Shown here in pieces: positions 49,620 through 60,268 of a stretch of 64,000 nt of DNA. The position numbers and the translations under genes are program-made. The notes beneath the pieces were generated by a model, which saw nothing but the letters and a program-made list of their open reading frames with translations, was not told the DNA's origin and did not search any database. The stretch's first letter is position 1; every line of letters begins with the position of its first letter. The DNA comes from a virus. The stretch lies in the IMG/VR virus record IMGVR_UViG_3300045988_159775; one strand, 5' to 3'.

Positions 49620-51118
49620 AGTCTAAACCATTTACGTATCCAACGTTCCAAAGTTTCGTAGCAATCGTCAACCTCCGTATCTAAGATTCCTACGTTACGT
49701 TCACCGATTGCGTCTACGTAGGTTTGTAACCTTGACGCTGAATGATCAGTAAAATAAGCATCAAACTCATCAAAGAAATCCAATATGAGGCTTCTATCCT
49801 TTATATCCGTTGTTCCTAACACACGACCTTTCCGCTGAATCGTGTTAGCATCCTCCAACCCGCCATCTATGTTTATCATAACTTCTACGGACGGTAGCGT
49901 GACTCCCTTTTTGAATATTCCCGAAGCGGACAACATGCCGCCCGTAGCATTAAGAAATTCCGTCTTTGCTCGCTCTCTATCCTCATTGGACGTTTCTCCG
50001 CTGATAAAAGGTATTCCCGTCAACCTTTCCACGCGTTTCCCGTGCTCTATGCTTTGGAAAAGCAGTAGAGTCTTTAGGTTCAATCTCTGAAGAATCTCTA
50101 TCACTCTACGCAATACCCCGTTACGGTACGCAGAATTAAAAATCAACTCCTTGCGGTACAATTCGTAATCATCTTGAGCAACGCTATACTCTATATCATT
50201 GTGATTTACGACCAACATAAACACGCGGTAATCTGACAAAACTCCTCGCTCTTTCAACGTCTTTTCACTAATTTCATAAACAACATCGCCAGACCATTCG
50301 CGGAGTTTAAGATTTTGAACCAGCGCACCGCTACGATAAGGCGTTGCTGAAAGACAAAGTTGATATTCCAATTTCTTACACTTCCGGTAAATCTTCAATT
50401 TAGAATCAGAAGCATTCTCATGTATCTCATCAACCGCCAAGAACTTCAACTCTTTCAAATACCTTTCCAACGTCCGTTTCTTCTTCGCGTCCTTACAACG
50501 GTTCGAAAGCGTACTTTGTATTGTTTGAATCATGCCTACCGTCACGCGTTCCGTCACGTCTATCTTCCCCTCCCTTATCTCACCAATGCGCAATTCCCCG
50601 TAACGCGGTTCGTAGAACGTCCGGAAGTCGTTTATTGCCTGAGAGAAAAGTGTGCGGTTATCCGTAACAAACAAAAAGTTTCCCTCATCCGTAGCAAGGA
50701 AAATCCTCATAATCTCAGCCGCAATGAACGTCTTACCGCCGCGCGTTGGAACAACTATGATACCGAACCTACGTTCAAAGAACCTCCTAACGGCATGACT
50801 TTGATGAATGTACTTTCCCGTCATACGGTCATCTATCTCAATGCCCTCCGGCAAGGCGTATGCGTAATCCTCTACTTCATACTCAACGCCGTTTTCTTTT
50901 AGATACGTCTCCAAAATCTTCAACATACCGATCTGAAACTTACGACTCTTTTTATCAAATTTCCTTATGCGGTGAGAATACGCAAATGGATCTGGATTGA
51001 GAAAAGTCAAAGCCCGTGCAACGTGACGAATGCCGCCCTTATTTGAACCAGCAAAGGAATACGTCATGTTATCAACGCGAACTATCGAAACCTTAGATTT
51101 ATTTCCAATGCTCGTCAT
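49616..51118 (-). CDS. SF2 DEAD/DEAH-box DNA helicase (ResIII/UvsW-like)
   Basis: Motif I IIVVPTRGGKTFIAAE, motif II FLAVDEIHE, motif III LSATPYR and motif VI QRKGRVLG are present. Confidence 0.8.
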   Translation of the reverse strand: MTSIGNKSKVSIVRVDNMTYSFAGSNKGGIRHVARALTFLNPDPFAYSHRIRKFDKKSRKFQIGMLKILETYLKENGVEYEVEDYAYALPEGIEIDDRMTGKYIHQSHAVRRFFERRFGIIVVPTRGGKTFIAAEIMRIFLATDEGNFLFVTDNRTLFSQAINDFRTFYEPRYGELRIGEIREGKIDVTERVTVGMIQTIQSTLSNRCKDAKKKRTLERYLKELKFLAVDEIHENASDSKLKIYRKCKKLEYQLCLSATPYRSGALVQNLKLREWSGDVVYEISEKTLKERGVLSDYRVFMLVVNHNDIEYSVAQDDYELYRKELIFNSAYRNGVLRRVIEILQRLNLKTLLLFQSIEHGKRVERLTGIPFISGETSNEDRERAKTEFLNATGGMLSASGIFKKGVTLPSVEVMINIDGGLEDANTIQRKGRVLGTTDIKDRSLILDFFDEFDAYFTDHSASRLQTYVDAIGERNVGILDTEVDDCYETLERWIRKWFRL

Positions 51119-51440
51119 ACATCTTTCGCAATTGAGAATTCGTCATTTCTTCTGGTATGTGCTTCTTAACAAGATACGCGCCCCTCCGTTTCCCATAAAG
51201 TTCCAAAAAACCCGTTCCGGTCAAAAGATTGCGTATTTGATCCACTGAATTACTCGAAATAACCGTATGATACTTCACTGGGTCTAATATGTCATAGCCG
51301 TTTGCTATAAAAAATCCTTGTTCTTTCAAGCGATCAAAGAAATCTTGGCGGTATAACAAATTTCCAACGGGCATTCCGTTTACGCACTCTTTGATCACTT
51401 TCCAAATTGATCTTTCCTTTGGTTTTTGCTTCTTTTCCAT
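51099..51440 (-). CDS. hypothetical protein
   Basis: 113-codon frame, first gene after the 375-nt gap that follows the tail fibre block. Confidence 0.5.
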   Translation of the reverse strand: MEKKQKPKERSIWKVIKECVNGMPVGNLLYRQDFFDRLKEQGFFIANGYDILDPVKYHTVISSNSVDQIRNLLTGTGFLELYGKRRGAYLVKKHIPEEMTNSQLRKMYDEHWK

Positions 51441-51749
51441 TTTTTCTTAATTTCTTTGGGGTGAGGAAGTAAAACTAAAGTTTACCCCTATAATCCCCTC
51501 ATTTGTTAGTAATGATTAAAATAACTTTGGGTATGAGTACTCAGTTGTCAAAAGTTTACCCTATATTCATCCAAGACAGAGCTGAGATTTTTTACGTTGG
51601 TGAGGTACTGGTGAATACGTTCGCTCTACCGTATGAGTAGTAGTTAACTTTGAAAGATTCGATCTTAATAAGAATGATTTACATGACCGTTATCGCGTTT
51701 TAAGTAACCGTGAAAGAAAATCTACGTTTAAGGTTTGAAAGTGCTAATA

Positions 51750-51789
51750 CAAAAGAAAGAGAGATAAAATCAAATGATCTATCCCTCTT
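51750..51789 (-). terminator. Rho-independent terminator candidate after the tail spike genes
   Basis: Stem AGAGaGATA / TATCcCTCT (51758-51766, 51780-51788, one mismatch), followed on the minus strand by TTCTTTTG. Confidence 0.45.
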
Positions 51790-51816
51790 TCAAGTCAACA
51801 TATATAAAAACCAACC

Positions 51817-54237
51817 CTATGTTAATGCTGTACCGTCTAAATTAGTCCATAACGTACCATCCCAACAAATATACTTTTTCAAAGTAGTATCATAGTATTG
51901 GAATCCAGAGTCATCAGCCGACAAATTAACAGGTCTTAAAGAAATCGTTCCCTTGTTATTAAAAGCACTTTGACCATTAGAATTTATCCATTTTGATCCA
52001 TTCCAAAAAATTGGTATTTGTAAAGAAGCATCAAAGAACTTATACCCAAGGGGAATTTTAGTGTACTTATATTCCGGTCTTTCTAAAGACGTTCCGCTGG
52101 TATTTATTTCGGAAGAAAGTTCATAAGGCAAAACAATAGCGTCTGTTAACCAATCTTCTATTGTAGAAATAGCATTTTCAGATAATGTAAAATTACTTCC
52201 TGAAATAGCGGTAATATTCGCCTTTCCGTTATTAATATACTCTGAATTAACAACATCTCCTATACTCCAATTCCAAACGCTGCCGGAACAAACAACCGCA
52301 TTGCTTCCCTCCGTAAAGGTTGCACCTGTATTGTAGTGAAGTTTTCCACCCTTGAGAACTTTATATATAGTGTTATTAGTTTCCAAAAATATAAAGTCTC
52401 CATCAGATAAAACTGCATTTGCGGTAGTTTCTTTGGGAACTAAATAAGGATAATTAGATACCGTAGCAAAAGCATTCGTTCGGAGAATTGCTGGACCTTT
52501 TGAATACCCATATTTATAAGTAGTACTAAATGAATTGCTTATATTTTGATATGAATAATTAACTCCGCTTACGCTAATATCTACAATGTCAACGGGGAAA
52601 TTTTCATCCACATCGCTATAATTAACATTGAAAATATTATTGTTTATATTTACGTCCTGACAATTTTGAATCTTTGTAATATATTTACAACCTACGTTAC
52701 TGGCGGTAGAGGAATTTATTATATTGTTGCTTATGTTAACACTTCGTGTTCTTCCTCCGCTTTGAGTAGAACAAATAATTACCGCATAATCTATACTGCC
52801 TGCTGCACCGCCTATTTGATTATTGCTGAAATTTAAACTGAATATATTAGTTATATACTCAGAACCTGTACTGCCGCTGATTATACCAAAAGTAAAGATT
52901 GCTGGTGGTACGTTATCAAAATAGTTAGTTATGGCAGAATAATCAGCACATTCAAAGTAATTGTTTATCACTGAAAGTCCACTTATTCCACTAAGCGCAA
53001 TAGCTCCTTTTGTATTCCCCTCTAATTCATTCCCTATTATAACACCTCCGAATCCACCCCCGGTAATAGTAGTAGGTTCAGATTCAATGGCTGCTCCAGC
53101 TAATTGTTGAAAAACGCAATTTGATATATTTTGTAAAGTAGGCTGATATGTTTCTTGAGAATAGTGTAAACCTCCGCCCTTAGTAGAATTAACTCCAACG
53201 CATCTCTCAAAAACATTTAGAAAAATATTGTTATTCACCACGCTATGTAAGTGATAAATACCTTTCTCAAATTTAGCAAATCCACCATATACCTTTACAT
53301 CTGAACAAGTGCTTCGAATTATTTCGTATAAGAGTATAGCGCTATCAAGTTGGGAATTATTAGTTATATATACGGCAAAATTAGATAAGAAATCATATTG
53401 AGAAATAATATTGCTATTTCTATTGATAGACAAAACGGCTGAAGAAGTATCAACCATGTTTGCTATAAATCCGGTATCCGTACCGCTTCCCTCAATAGTT
53501 ACTCCGCTTGTATAATGTGCTGTAACGTTTATATCTATTTCTTTGGTTATGTAATACAGACCACTCAATAAAATAGAATGAACATTAGTACTTATCAGCG
53601 CGGCTTTTACGCTATCAAAAGCACTATTTGAATTGACAAGAGTCTCTGTGGTGCTTATTGATCCAGTGGGGTTGTTCAAAACGTCTTTCTTGTAAGACTT
53701 TGCTCCAAACCATTCCGGCTTAAGATGACTCACGTTCCAAGTTCCTGCTAACTCAAGAGTAGTGCTATCAAAGATTTTTCTTGATCCGGCTTTAATTACG
53801 GTATTGTTGCCAAATATCTTTCCGTTCTTTATACTTCCTCCTTGAAAATCAAGCGTACATCCCTCTAACATTAGCAAAGCACCACGCTTTAAATCCAAAT
53901 CTTGAGTTATCTTGAAGATAGTATTAGTTTTGTCGAAGTAATCTTGTTGCGGCGCGTTGATATCTGGACCAAACCAATCAGAAGTATCGGTTGCGCCTGT
54001 AGAATCTGTTACAACGGCTTTAACTAACCACATATCGCTCAATAACATATTTTTCGTAACAGTTACAAGCGTTCCGTCCGTACCATTTAAGGAATACCAA
54101 GGCAAGTATTCGCCATCCAGACTAAACGTGTACGGCTCAGTTCCTCCCGTAGCCGATAAACTGGCTATGACCGTCCCTGCTGGAACGCTCTTATCAAAGA
54201 GGATATTGTATTTATTTACAGAAATTTGTAATGCCAT
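51817..54237 (-). CDS. tail spike with right-handed beta-helix (pectate-lyase-like depolymerase fold)
   Basis: Has an Ig/cadherin-like N-terminus (GGTEPYTFSL), the pectate-lyase-3-like entry NTIFKITQDLDLKRGALLMLEGCTLDFQGGSIKNG, many short N/G/I-rich beta-helix coils, and C-terminal W..G..W.N.DG repeats. Confidence 0.6.
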   Translation of the reverse strand: MALQISVNKYNILFDKSVPAGTVIASLSATGGTEPYTFSLDGEYLPWYSLNGTDGTLVTVTKNMLLSDMWLVKAVVTDSTGATDTSDWFGPDINAPQQDYFDKTNTIFKITQDLDLKRGALLMLEGCTLDFQGGSIKNGKIFGNNTVIKAGSRKIFDSTTLELAGTWNVSHLKPEWFGAKSYKKDVLNNPTGSISTTETLVNSNSAFDSVKAALISTNVHSILLSGLYYITKEIDINVTAHYTSGVTIEGSGTDTGFIANMVDTSSAVLSINRNSNIISQYDFLSNFAVYITNNSQLDSAILLYEIIRSTCSDVKVYGGFAKFEKGIYHLHSVVNNNIFLNVFERCVGVNSTKGGGLHYSQETYQPTLQNISNCVFQQLAGAAIESEPTTITGGGFGGVIIGNELEGNTKGAIALSGISGLSVINNYFECADYSAITNYFDNVPPAIFTFGIISGSTGSEYITNIFSLNFSNNQIGGAAGSIDYAVIICSTQSGGRTRSVNISNNIINSSTASNVGCKYITKIQNCQDVNINNNIFNVNYSDVDENFPVDIVDISVSGVNYSYQNISNSFSTTYKYGYSKGPAILRTNAFATVSNYPYLVPKETTANAVLSDGDFIFLETNNTIYKVLKGGKLHYNTGATFTEGSNAVVCSGSVWNWSIGDVVNSEYINNGKANITAISGSNFTLSENAISTIEDWLTDAIVLPYELSSEINTSGTSLERPEYKYTKIPLGYKFFDASLQIPIFWNGSKWINSNGQSAFNNKGTISLRPVNLSADDSGFQYYDTTLKKYICWDGTLWTNLDGTALT

Positions 54238-54252
54238 AATTCCTTTTGTTCT

Positions 54253-56424
54253 TTATATTATTGCTACTTTATCAACTAACGTACCGTCCGTGTTTCTCCA
54301 ATTCGTCCCATCGTAGTGAACTTCGTTATTTCTCCAAAGCGCCTTTAGTCCCGGAACGGCATACGTAATGTGTGCTAAATTATCCGTATCATTCAAGATA
54401 AGATTATTGATAATGCTACGAATATTATTTATTGGAGCATCAAGACGGTAATTTATTGCATACAACAAGGTATTGTTATCATAAACATTTCCTATTGTAG
54501 CATTGGTAACTCCCGTTAAACGGCAAAGACAAAATTGATTTTCTCCTGTAGAATAACGTGTATTATCCCGTACTACTACGTTTTCACAGTTGTCTAAAAG
54601 TATAACGTCATCCGATATGTTATTACCAAAGTAATTATCGTAAATTTGAATATTATCTCCTCTATGTAATTCAATACTTTGAATTAAGGAAGTATTCAAA
54701 CGACAATTCTTAATGACAGCGTTCGTTATGTTTTCCCCTACTTGATTTGGTCCGGTTATGATTCTACGTTTGAAATCGCAATTGTCTATCAAGAAGTTAT
54801 TCAAGTTTCCATTAAACAGCATCTTCATAAGAACGGAATTGCGGAAAGAAAGCCCGTCTATGTCTCCATTCAAAACAATATAAGGATTATTGCCGTATAT
54901 AAAGGAATCTTCTATATCATAACGGAAATTATCAATGTCTACGTTCTTACATTTTCCTATGTAGAGGAAAGGATAATTCACCGTTGTATCGTGATTAACT
55001 ACGTTAATGTTCCGTAATTGCAGTTTTTCGCTTTGGTAAGCAATGATCTGATTCTTCGTAGGGGCTACGTAGCAATCTATCAAAAGACCGTCTACAATGA
55101 CGTTAGACGTATTAAAAGCAATATGCAAATCCGTAGAGTAATCTACATCCGTATTCACAGGATTTGAATTCTTTATAATCCGGTTGTTCTTTATAGCTAT
55201 GTTTGCCGTTGAAGTAGAAAGAGAACCAACGAGAATTCCCTTGACGTTATCTATAAAGAGATTGTTTTCAACCAAGACGTCATAGATTGTTTGATTTTCG
55301 TCATGTTCTATGTCAACGCCAGCAGATGGCGCTGTACCTTGAATGTTTTCCAACGTACAATTCCGGATTATTACACCTCGGCTTGCTCCTACGCTAATAC
55401 CTTGACGGCGGTTATTGCTTGAATAAATTCCGTCAATAATAATATTCTCCGAATCTGAACCGATAATTATTCCATCTCCAGTACAGTCGCGTGTAGTTAT
55501 TCCGGCTACGTGAACATTTTTACAATCGCGAATATAGAGTCCGTACCCCCATTCGTGAGTAGAATCTGATGGATTATACGTATGTCCCGATCTATCGCCT
55601 ACTATTGAACCGCTTCCGGTAATAGTTACGTTAGATTTGCTGTAAAGCCCCATAATGGCATAACGCTCTAAGGAGTTTGGAGTGAGCGTTATTGTGCCGT
55701 TCAATATTATGAGCGAGTTAGAGGTAGGCTGAATTAAAGAATCCGTTACAGCACTTGTAAATTGTGTTGTACTATGATCTGAGTTTATAACTACTACGCA
55801 AGGGTGAGAATCCTGAGTTAACGCGAATAATGATCTTAAAAGACGAGCGTTTGAGTTTACATAATCTACAAGATTTTCATCTGTAACGTAATCTACTATC
55901 CAAGTACCATTAATGAACGTATTCTTGAATAAATAGTCTGAAGAATCAATAACGGTATTTTTACCGATTAATGAACCTCCGGAAATACTACCTCCATTGA
56001 ATCTAAGTACGCAACCCTCCGGAACGGTAATGGTATCAAGAATCGTAAAGTCATAACGAATTTCATAGATAGTATTAGTGTCCATCATTTCCGTTTGCTT
56101 CAAAACATTGTTTATTCCAGAAGCTATTCCGCGAAGAATCTTGTAACCCTTATCAACGTATTTTGCTGAATTTACAGGTCTATCCGCTATATACAAAGAC
56201 GTAGATATACCTGTGTCGTCTTTTGTGATATCTTCCGAATCAACAATATTACTTCCCCCACCGCCTGCGCCGCGATAAGGCAGATCATTCCAAGCCGTTT
56301 TTCCGTCTCCTAATTTATAGAGAAGAGAATCAAGCTCATAACCCGGTTCTCCGGATGCAAGCACAGGGTTGTATTGCTCCCACCGGGCTTTAGTATCCCT
56401 CCTTAATTGTATCTTATCAGCCAT
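54253..56424 (-). CDS. tail spike with Mtd_N-like N-terminal anchor and right-handed beta-helix
   Basis: The N-terminus MADKIQLRRDTKARWEQYNPVLASGEPGYELDSLLYKLGDGKTAWNDLPY is the conserved phage fibre N-domain. PbH1-type coils are present: CTGDGIIIGSDSENIIIDGIYSSNNRRQGISVGASRGVIIRNCTLENI. Confidence 0.7.
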   Translation of the reverse strand: MADKIQLRRDTKARWEQYNPVLASGEPGYELDSLLYKLGDGKTAWNDLPYRGAGGGGSNIVDSEDITKDDTGISTSLYIADRPVNSAKYVDKGYKILRGIASGINNVLKQTEMMDTNTIYEIRYDFTILDTITVPEGCVLRFNGGSISGGSLIGKNTVIDSSDYLFKNTFINGTWIVDYVTDENLVDYVNSNARLLRSLFALTQDSHPCVVVINSDHSTTQFTSAVTDSLIQPTSNSLIILNGTITLTPNSLERYAIMGLYSKSNVTITGSGSIVGDRSGHTYNPSDSTHEWGYGLYIRDCKNVHVAGITTRDCTGDGIIIGSDSENIIIDGIYSSNNRRQGISVGASRGVIIRNCTLENIQGTAPSAGVDIEHDENQTIYDVLVENNLFIDNVKGILVGSLSTSTANIAIKNNRIIKNSNPVNTDVDYSTDLHIAFNTSNVIVDGLLIDCYVAPTKNQIIAYQSEKLQLRNINVVNHDTTVNYPFLYIGKCKNVDIDNFRYDIEDSFIYGNNPYIVLNGDIDGLSFRNSVLMKMLFNGNLNNFLIDNCDFKRRIITGPNQVGENITNAVIKNCRLNTSLIQSIELHRGDNIQIYDNYFGNNISDDVILLDNCENVVVRDNTRYSTGENQFCLCRLTGVTNATIGNVYDNNTLLYAINYRLDAPINNIRSIINNLILNDTDNLAHITYAVPGLKALWRNNEVHYDGTNWRNTDGTLVDKVAII

Positions 56425-56431
56425 ATTCTAA

Positions 56432-59400
56432 TTATTGACAAAATTCTTTAATAAAATTTCTATATACCACATCGCCTATCTGGAGATACCCCGAAGATGC
56501 TGGATGAACTCCATTTGTACCAATCCTTTCCTTAAAAGCGGTATTTCTCGTATTTACATATTCTTCATTGGAAGGCATATTGTATTCACTATCAAATTGA
56601 GAAGATACGTTAACGAATTCAACCCAATCTTTATAATCCGATTGATTAGCAAAATCCTGATATACTTCATTCATATTGAATACTGTATTGATTGTTCCAA
56701 AGGTATCAGTAATGCCATTACCAATAGAACCGTAATTAGCTGCTATCCCTCCGTTTAATGATGGAATTTGTATTCCTAAAATTTTCATTTTAGCGTTGGG
56801 GAAATCTCTATGAAGAGCGTCAGCAAATCTTTTAACTTGAGTTAAAAATGACGTCCAATCATCTTTCCAAGAAACTAAACCGTTCCAAGTTAATAACGTA
56901 TATACTACATCAATTCTTCCATTGCAATATTCATTTGCATAAGGAACAAAATCCATTTGATTAGTTTCTGTATTCCAAAGTGGATTTGCAACATCTTCTT
57001 CGAAAGAAGAATATGAAATAGTGGCGTCTCCGTTTCCACTTTTCCTTGTAAGAACTCCGGATGTTTGGGGAACGTTTGAAGAAGATGAAGTACTACATAG
57101 TATGTTTCCTACACCCTCAGTTACGTTAACTTCTATGATCTTATATTCAAAGCCGTTATTAGTATATACGGCATCCATATTCAATTGAGTTACGCCCGAA
57201 ACTTGGAAACGGAATGCTGGACGTTTAGCAGAAGTATAATCAGACCAGTTCCAACCTCCCTCACCGAAATATCCCGTAGTGTCGTTTTTTTTCTTTCCTA
57301 CAAAATTTATATTGGTTAATCCCTTACCTGCCGGACTACCGCCCGTTTCAGTTAATCTTCTATGAGCTTCTCTACACCAAAACCCTCCTGATGTTAAACT
57401 ATCTCCGAAACAAGCTACATTAAGTTCAGACTCAGGAGATTTTACAACGTCCACTATTTTCAAAATAGTTTTAGAAGTAGATAAAACGTTTTTGTTATTA
57501 TCTCTGACCGTCATTGTCCAATCATAATCTCCTACATCATCAGAAGTAGGCAAAATTTGAAAATAACGCGGATATTGACCGCCTTTGTTACAAGTGACGA
57601 ATAAATCATAAATGTAAGGATTTACAGCGCAAACAATTCCTCTGAGGAATAACTGCAGTGTATCTCCTACTACTGCCGTTAATTCATCCGGTAGTGACAC
57701 CTTTATAGAATTTTCAGAAATTGGCGTTAATCTTTGTTCAATATTTTCTATCTGTTTATCGGATAGAAAAGCCTCATTTTCATATATGCCATACCAAATA
57801 TTGTTAGAGTAATACTTCGTTCCATCTCCTGAAACGTTATACATAGTAGCTTGATTTATATCGCCATTAGAAGCATATGTAAACGTTGGATACGTAGTAC
57901 CATCAGCAGGCATATAAATATACGGTTCGCCCTCATAGCCATAACGAACGCAAAGTGCATCGCAAAGCCATTCAATATAAAGAAATTGTTCTTCAGTATT
58001 ACTTATAGTTAATCCTAAAGGAATAATCACTTGTTGTATTTTACCCGGCGCAATATTCAATCCGGTTTTAACTGTATCCGCAAGAACAGAGCCGTTTCTA
58101 TCTTTTACTCTTATTCTTACCCTGACCTTTGTAATAGGAGAAGCTGCACTAACTTGAGCTCGGATTCTTAAACCAACACAGTTAAAATTTTGAATTGGTC
58201 CTAAACCTTGCCCCCAACCTGAAAAATTTCCGGTATTGTTAAACCAAATTGCTGGATCTTTTCCAAATAAAGTCCCACCGTCTTGAATACTTTCATTAAC
58301 CTCCACAAGTTGATCAACAATTGCTTTTACTTCATCGACTTCCGATTGGTTTACCAATTCTCCCGTTTCTGTAACGACTGAATTTAATTTTTCATCAATA
58401 TCTTCTACTTGCGTAGTAAGTTCTGTTATTGAATTATTTACTTCTTTAATGCTATTTTGAATATCATTATATAGACTCCAAATAATACCGTTATGGAAAA
58501 CTGTAGGAGAAATACCCAACCCCAGATAGAAAAATAAATTACTCGTCAACGCATCGTCTCTCAAAGCATTGAAATTCACCAATATCATTGACTTAGTATT
58601 TCTACCGCTTCCCAATAAAGTATAACTACCGAATTTAGCAATAACTTTAGTAAACGTATCCGCAACGGTCACCGAACTTGCGGTAGATGGTATAACCGTT
58701 ATGTCTTCTTTGTAAAGAGTAGCGGTTTTGGCAGTTTTAGAAACACTTGCTAAAGAATAGGAATACCCCAATTCATAATCAACATCCAAAATAGCATCTA
58801 ACAAAAACTTATCGTACCCCCATTCTACAATTCGCGGAGACATTGGCCATTGATCATTATTATCATACGGGAAAGGCTTACGGGCAGTACTGGAAAGTAC
58901 AGAATCTTCAGAATATTGTCTAATAGGGGCAGTAGACGGTAAACTATCGCTTTGATAAACTCCTATATTCTCCGTAGTAGTATAATTCAATCTCAAGAAA
59001 GCGGCAGAGGACGGTGCTGTAACCGTTCCGGGAGAAATAACATTATTTCCGGATAACCAGTTGTAATCCTTATCAAACCAGTTAATTGAAATAGCGTTAT
59101 ATATTGTATATACTTTTCCGGCTTCTATGGCAATGAAACGCGTTATGTAGTAATTAGGGCTTATCATCCACTTTCCATTTGAAGTATCAATGAATTTACC
59201 CTCAGTACGCGTATCCGGATCATTAGAAATTAAATTGGCGTTGGCGGGTGAATAAAAAGCCTTTTGGCGATCAGCTAATACGGAAAATACACGCCCAAAT
59301 TCGCGCATACTTAAGTCTTGGGATATTACCGCGTTCGCGTCATTTCCAAGTTCCTCCAAAATATTACCGTTAAATCCCGATATAGGTAGGTTGTTCCACT

Positions 59401-59533
59401 CCGTTGATCCATCCCCCATTTTGTAAAGATTGGGACTATCTAAAATTAAACCAATTTCTCCTTGCATCAAAAGGGGGTTATTCTTCTCCCAGTTTGCTGC
59501 CGTATCTCTCCTGAATTGAATTCTACTTGCCAT
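56432..59533 (-). CDS. tail fibre with Mtd_N-like N-terminal anchor and C-terminal SGNH/GDSL esterase domain
   Basis: The N-terminus MASRIQFRRDTAANWEKNNPLLMQGEIGLILDSPNLYKMGDGSTEWNNLPI is paralogous to that of 54253..56424. GDSL block I NVACFGDSLTSGG and a terminal GVHPASSGY block are present. Confidence 0.7.
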   Translation of the reverse strand: MASRIQFRRDTAANWEKNNPLLMQGEIGLILDSPNLYKMGDGSTEWNNLPISGFNGNILEELGNDANAVISQDLSMREFGRVFSVLADRQKAFYSPANANLISNDPDTRTEGKFIDTSNGKWMISPNYYITRFIAIEAGKVYTIYNAISINWFDKDYNWLSGNNVISPGTVTAPSSAAFLRLNYTTTENIGVYQSDSLPSTAPIRQYSEDSVLSSTARKPFPYDNNDQWPMSPRIVEWGYDKFLLDAILDVDYELGYSYSLASVSKTAKTATLYKEDITVIPSTASSVTVADTFTKVIAKFGSYTLLGSGRNTKSMILVNFNALRDDALTSNLFFYLGLGISPTVFHNGIIWSLYNDIQNSIKEVNNSITELTTQVEDIDEKLNSVVTETGELVNQSEVDEVKAIVDQLVEVNESIQDGGTLFGKDPAIWFNNTGNFSGWGQGLGPIQNFNCVGLRIRAQVSAASPITKVRVRIRVKDRNGSVLADTVKTGLNIAPGKIQQVIIPLGLTISNTEEQFLYIEWLCDALCVRYGYEGEPYIYMPADGTTYPTFTYASNGDINQATMYNVSGDGTKYYSNNIWYGIYENEAFLSDKQIENIEQRLTPISENSIKVSLPDELTAVVGDTLQLFLRGIVCAVNPYIYDLFVTCNKGGQYPRYFQILPTSDDVGDYDWTMTVRDNNKNVLSTSKTILKIVDVVKSPESELNVACFGDSLTSGGFWCREAHRRLTETGGSPAGKGLTNINFVGKKKNDTTGYFGEGGWNWSDYTSAKRPAFRFQVSGVTQLNMDAVYTNNGFEYKIIEVNVTEGVGNILCSTSSSSNVPQTSGVLTRKSGNGDATISYSSFEEDVANPLWNTETNQMDFVPYANEYCNGRIDVVYTLLTWNGLVSWKDDWTSFLTQVKRFADALHRDFPNAKMKILGIQIPSLNGGIAANYGSIGNGITDTFGTINTVFNMNEVYQDFANQSDYKDWVEFVNVSSQFDSEYNMPSNEEYVNTRNTAFKERIGTNGVHPASSGYLQIGDVVYRNFIKEFCQ

Positions 59534-59551
59534 ATTTATATATTCGTCTTT

Positions 59552-60256
59552 TTAGTAACTTCCTGAACTGTTTCCGCAATCAATATTCACCGCTCCACCG
59601 TAAACGCTATCCGCCCTACCGCCGTCCAAAGTACGAGATTCTAAAGCGCTTAATTTCGTTTGTAATTGCCAACGGGGAGATTCCCCCTCAACCGATACCC
59701 AACTGTATATAGCGTCCTCACTTGGATTGCTTTCGTTATGGACGGATACAATAGAACCATTCTTCAAAGAACGTCCGTCATCACCTATGGGGGAGTTAAC
59801 GTCAGCTTCCATATCAGCAACGGAATCATACGTTTTTGAAATTCTCAAATCGTAGTAGTAATACCCGTTTTCCGATTGCGCTATTACGTTAGTCGGAACA
59901 GTAGCATATGTCCAATACTCCGTATTCCATACTAAGATAACAATGTATGCTTCTTCTTCCGTTGCAGTAACTGTAATACTTTGTCCGTTTTCATCAACGA
60001 AATTAGAAAAAGTAACGGAATTATCCGGCGATACTGCGCCAATGTAAGATACACGTGCGTTATCCGGCTGAACGGGGGTAGTATCGGGGGTTGCTATGCC
60101 TATTAAACTACTTCCTCCAGTTATCTCAAGACTCTGAATATAATCAAGCATATTCAACGCGAACGCTTGATGATTTTCAGGTTGAATCTCCGTACCCACA
60201 GGACGTCCCATAAGGGTATTTATGATCATTTCTCTGGTATCTTCGTATCCTGCCAT
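59552..60256 (-). CDS. hypothetical structural protein (tail/baseplate module by position)
   Basis: 234-codon frame immediately upstream of the fibre genes. Confidence 0.5.
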   Translation of the reverse strand: MAGYEDTREMIINTLMGRPVGTEIQPENHQAFALNMLDYIQSLEITGGSSLIGIATPDTTPVQPDNARVSYIGAVSPDNSVTFSNFVDENGQSITVTATEEEAYIVILVWNTEYWTYATVPTNVIAQSENGYYYYDLRISKTYDSVADMEADVNSPIGDDGRSLKNGSIVSVHNESNPSEDAIYSWVSVEGESPRWQLQTKLSALESRTLDGGRADSVYGGAVNIDCGNSSGSY

Positions 60257-60268
60257 AATTCTCTCTTT

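Noticed and set aside
54253-59533. Diversity-generating retroelement suggested by the Mtd_N-like N-termini of the fibre proteins
   Set aside because: No reverse transcriptase gene, and no template/variable repeat pair with adenine-specific differences, is visible in this window. The shared N-domain is a common fibre anchor on its own.
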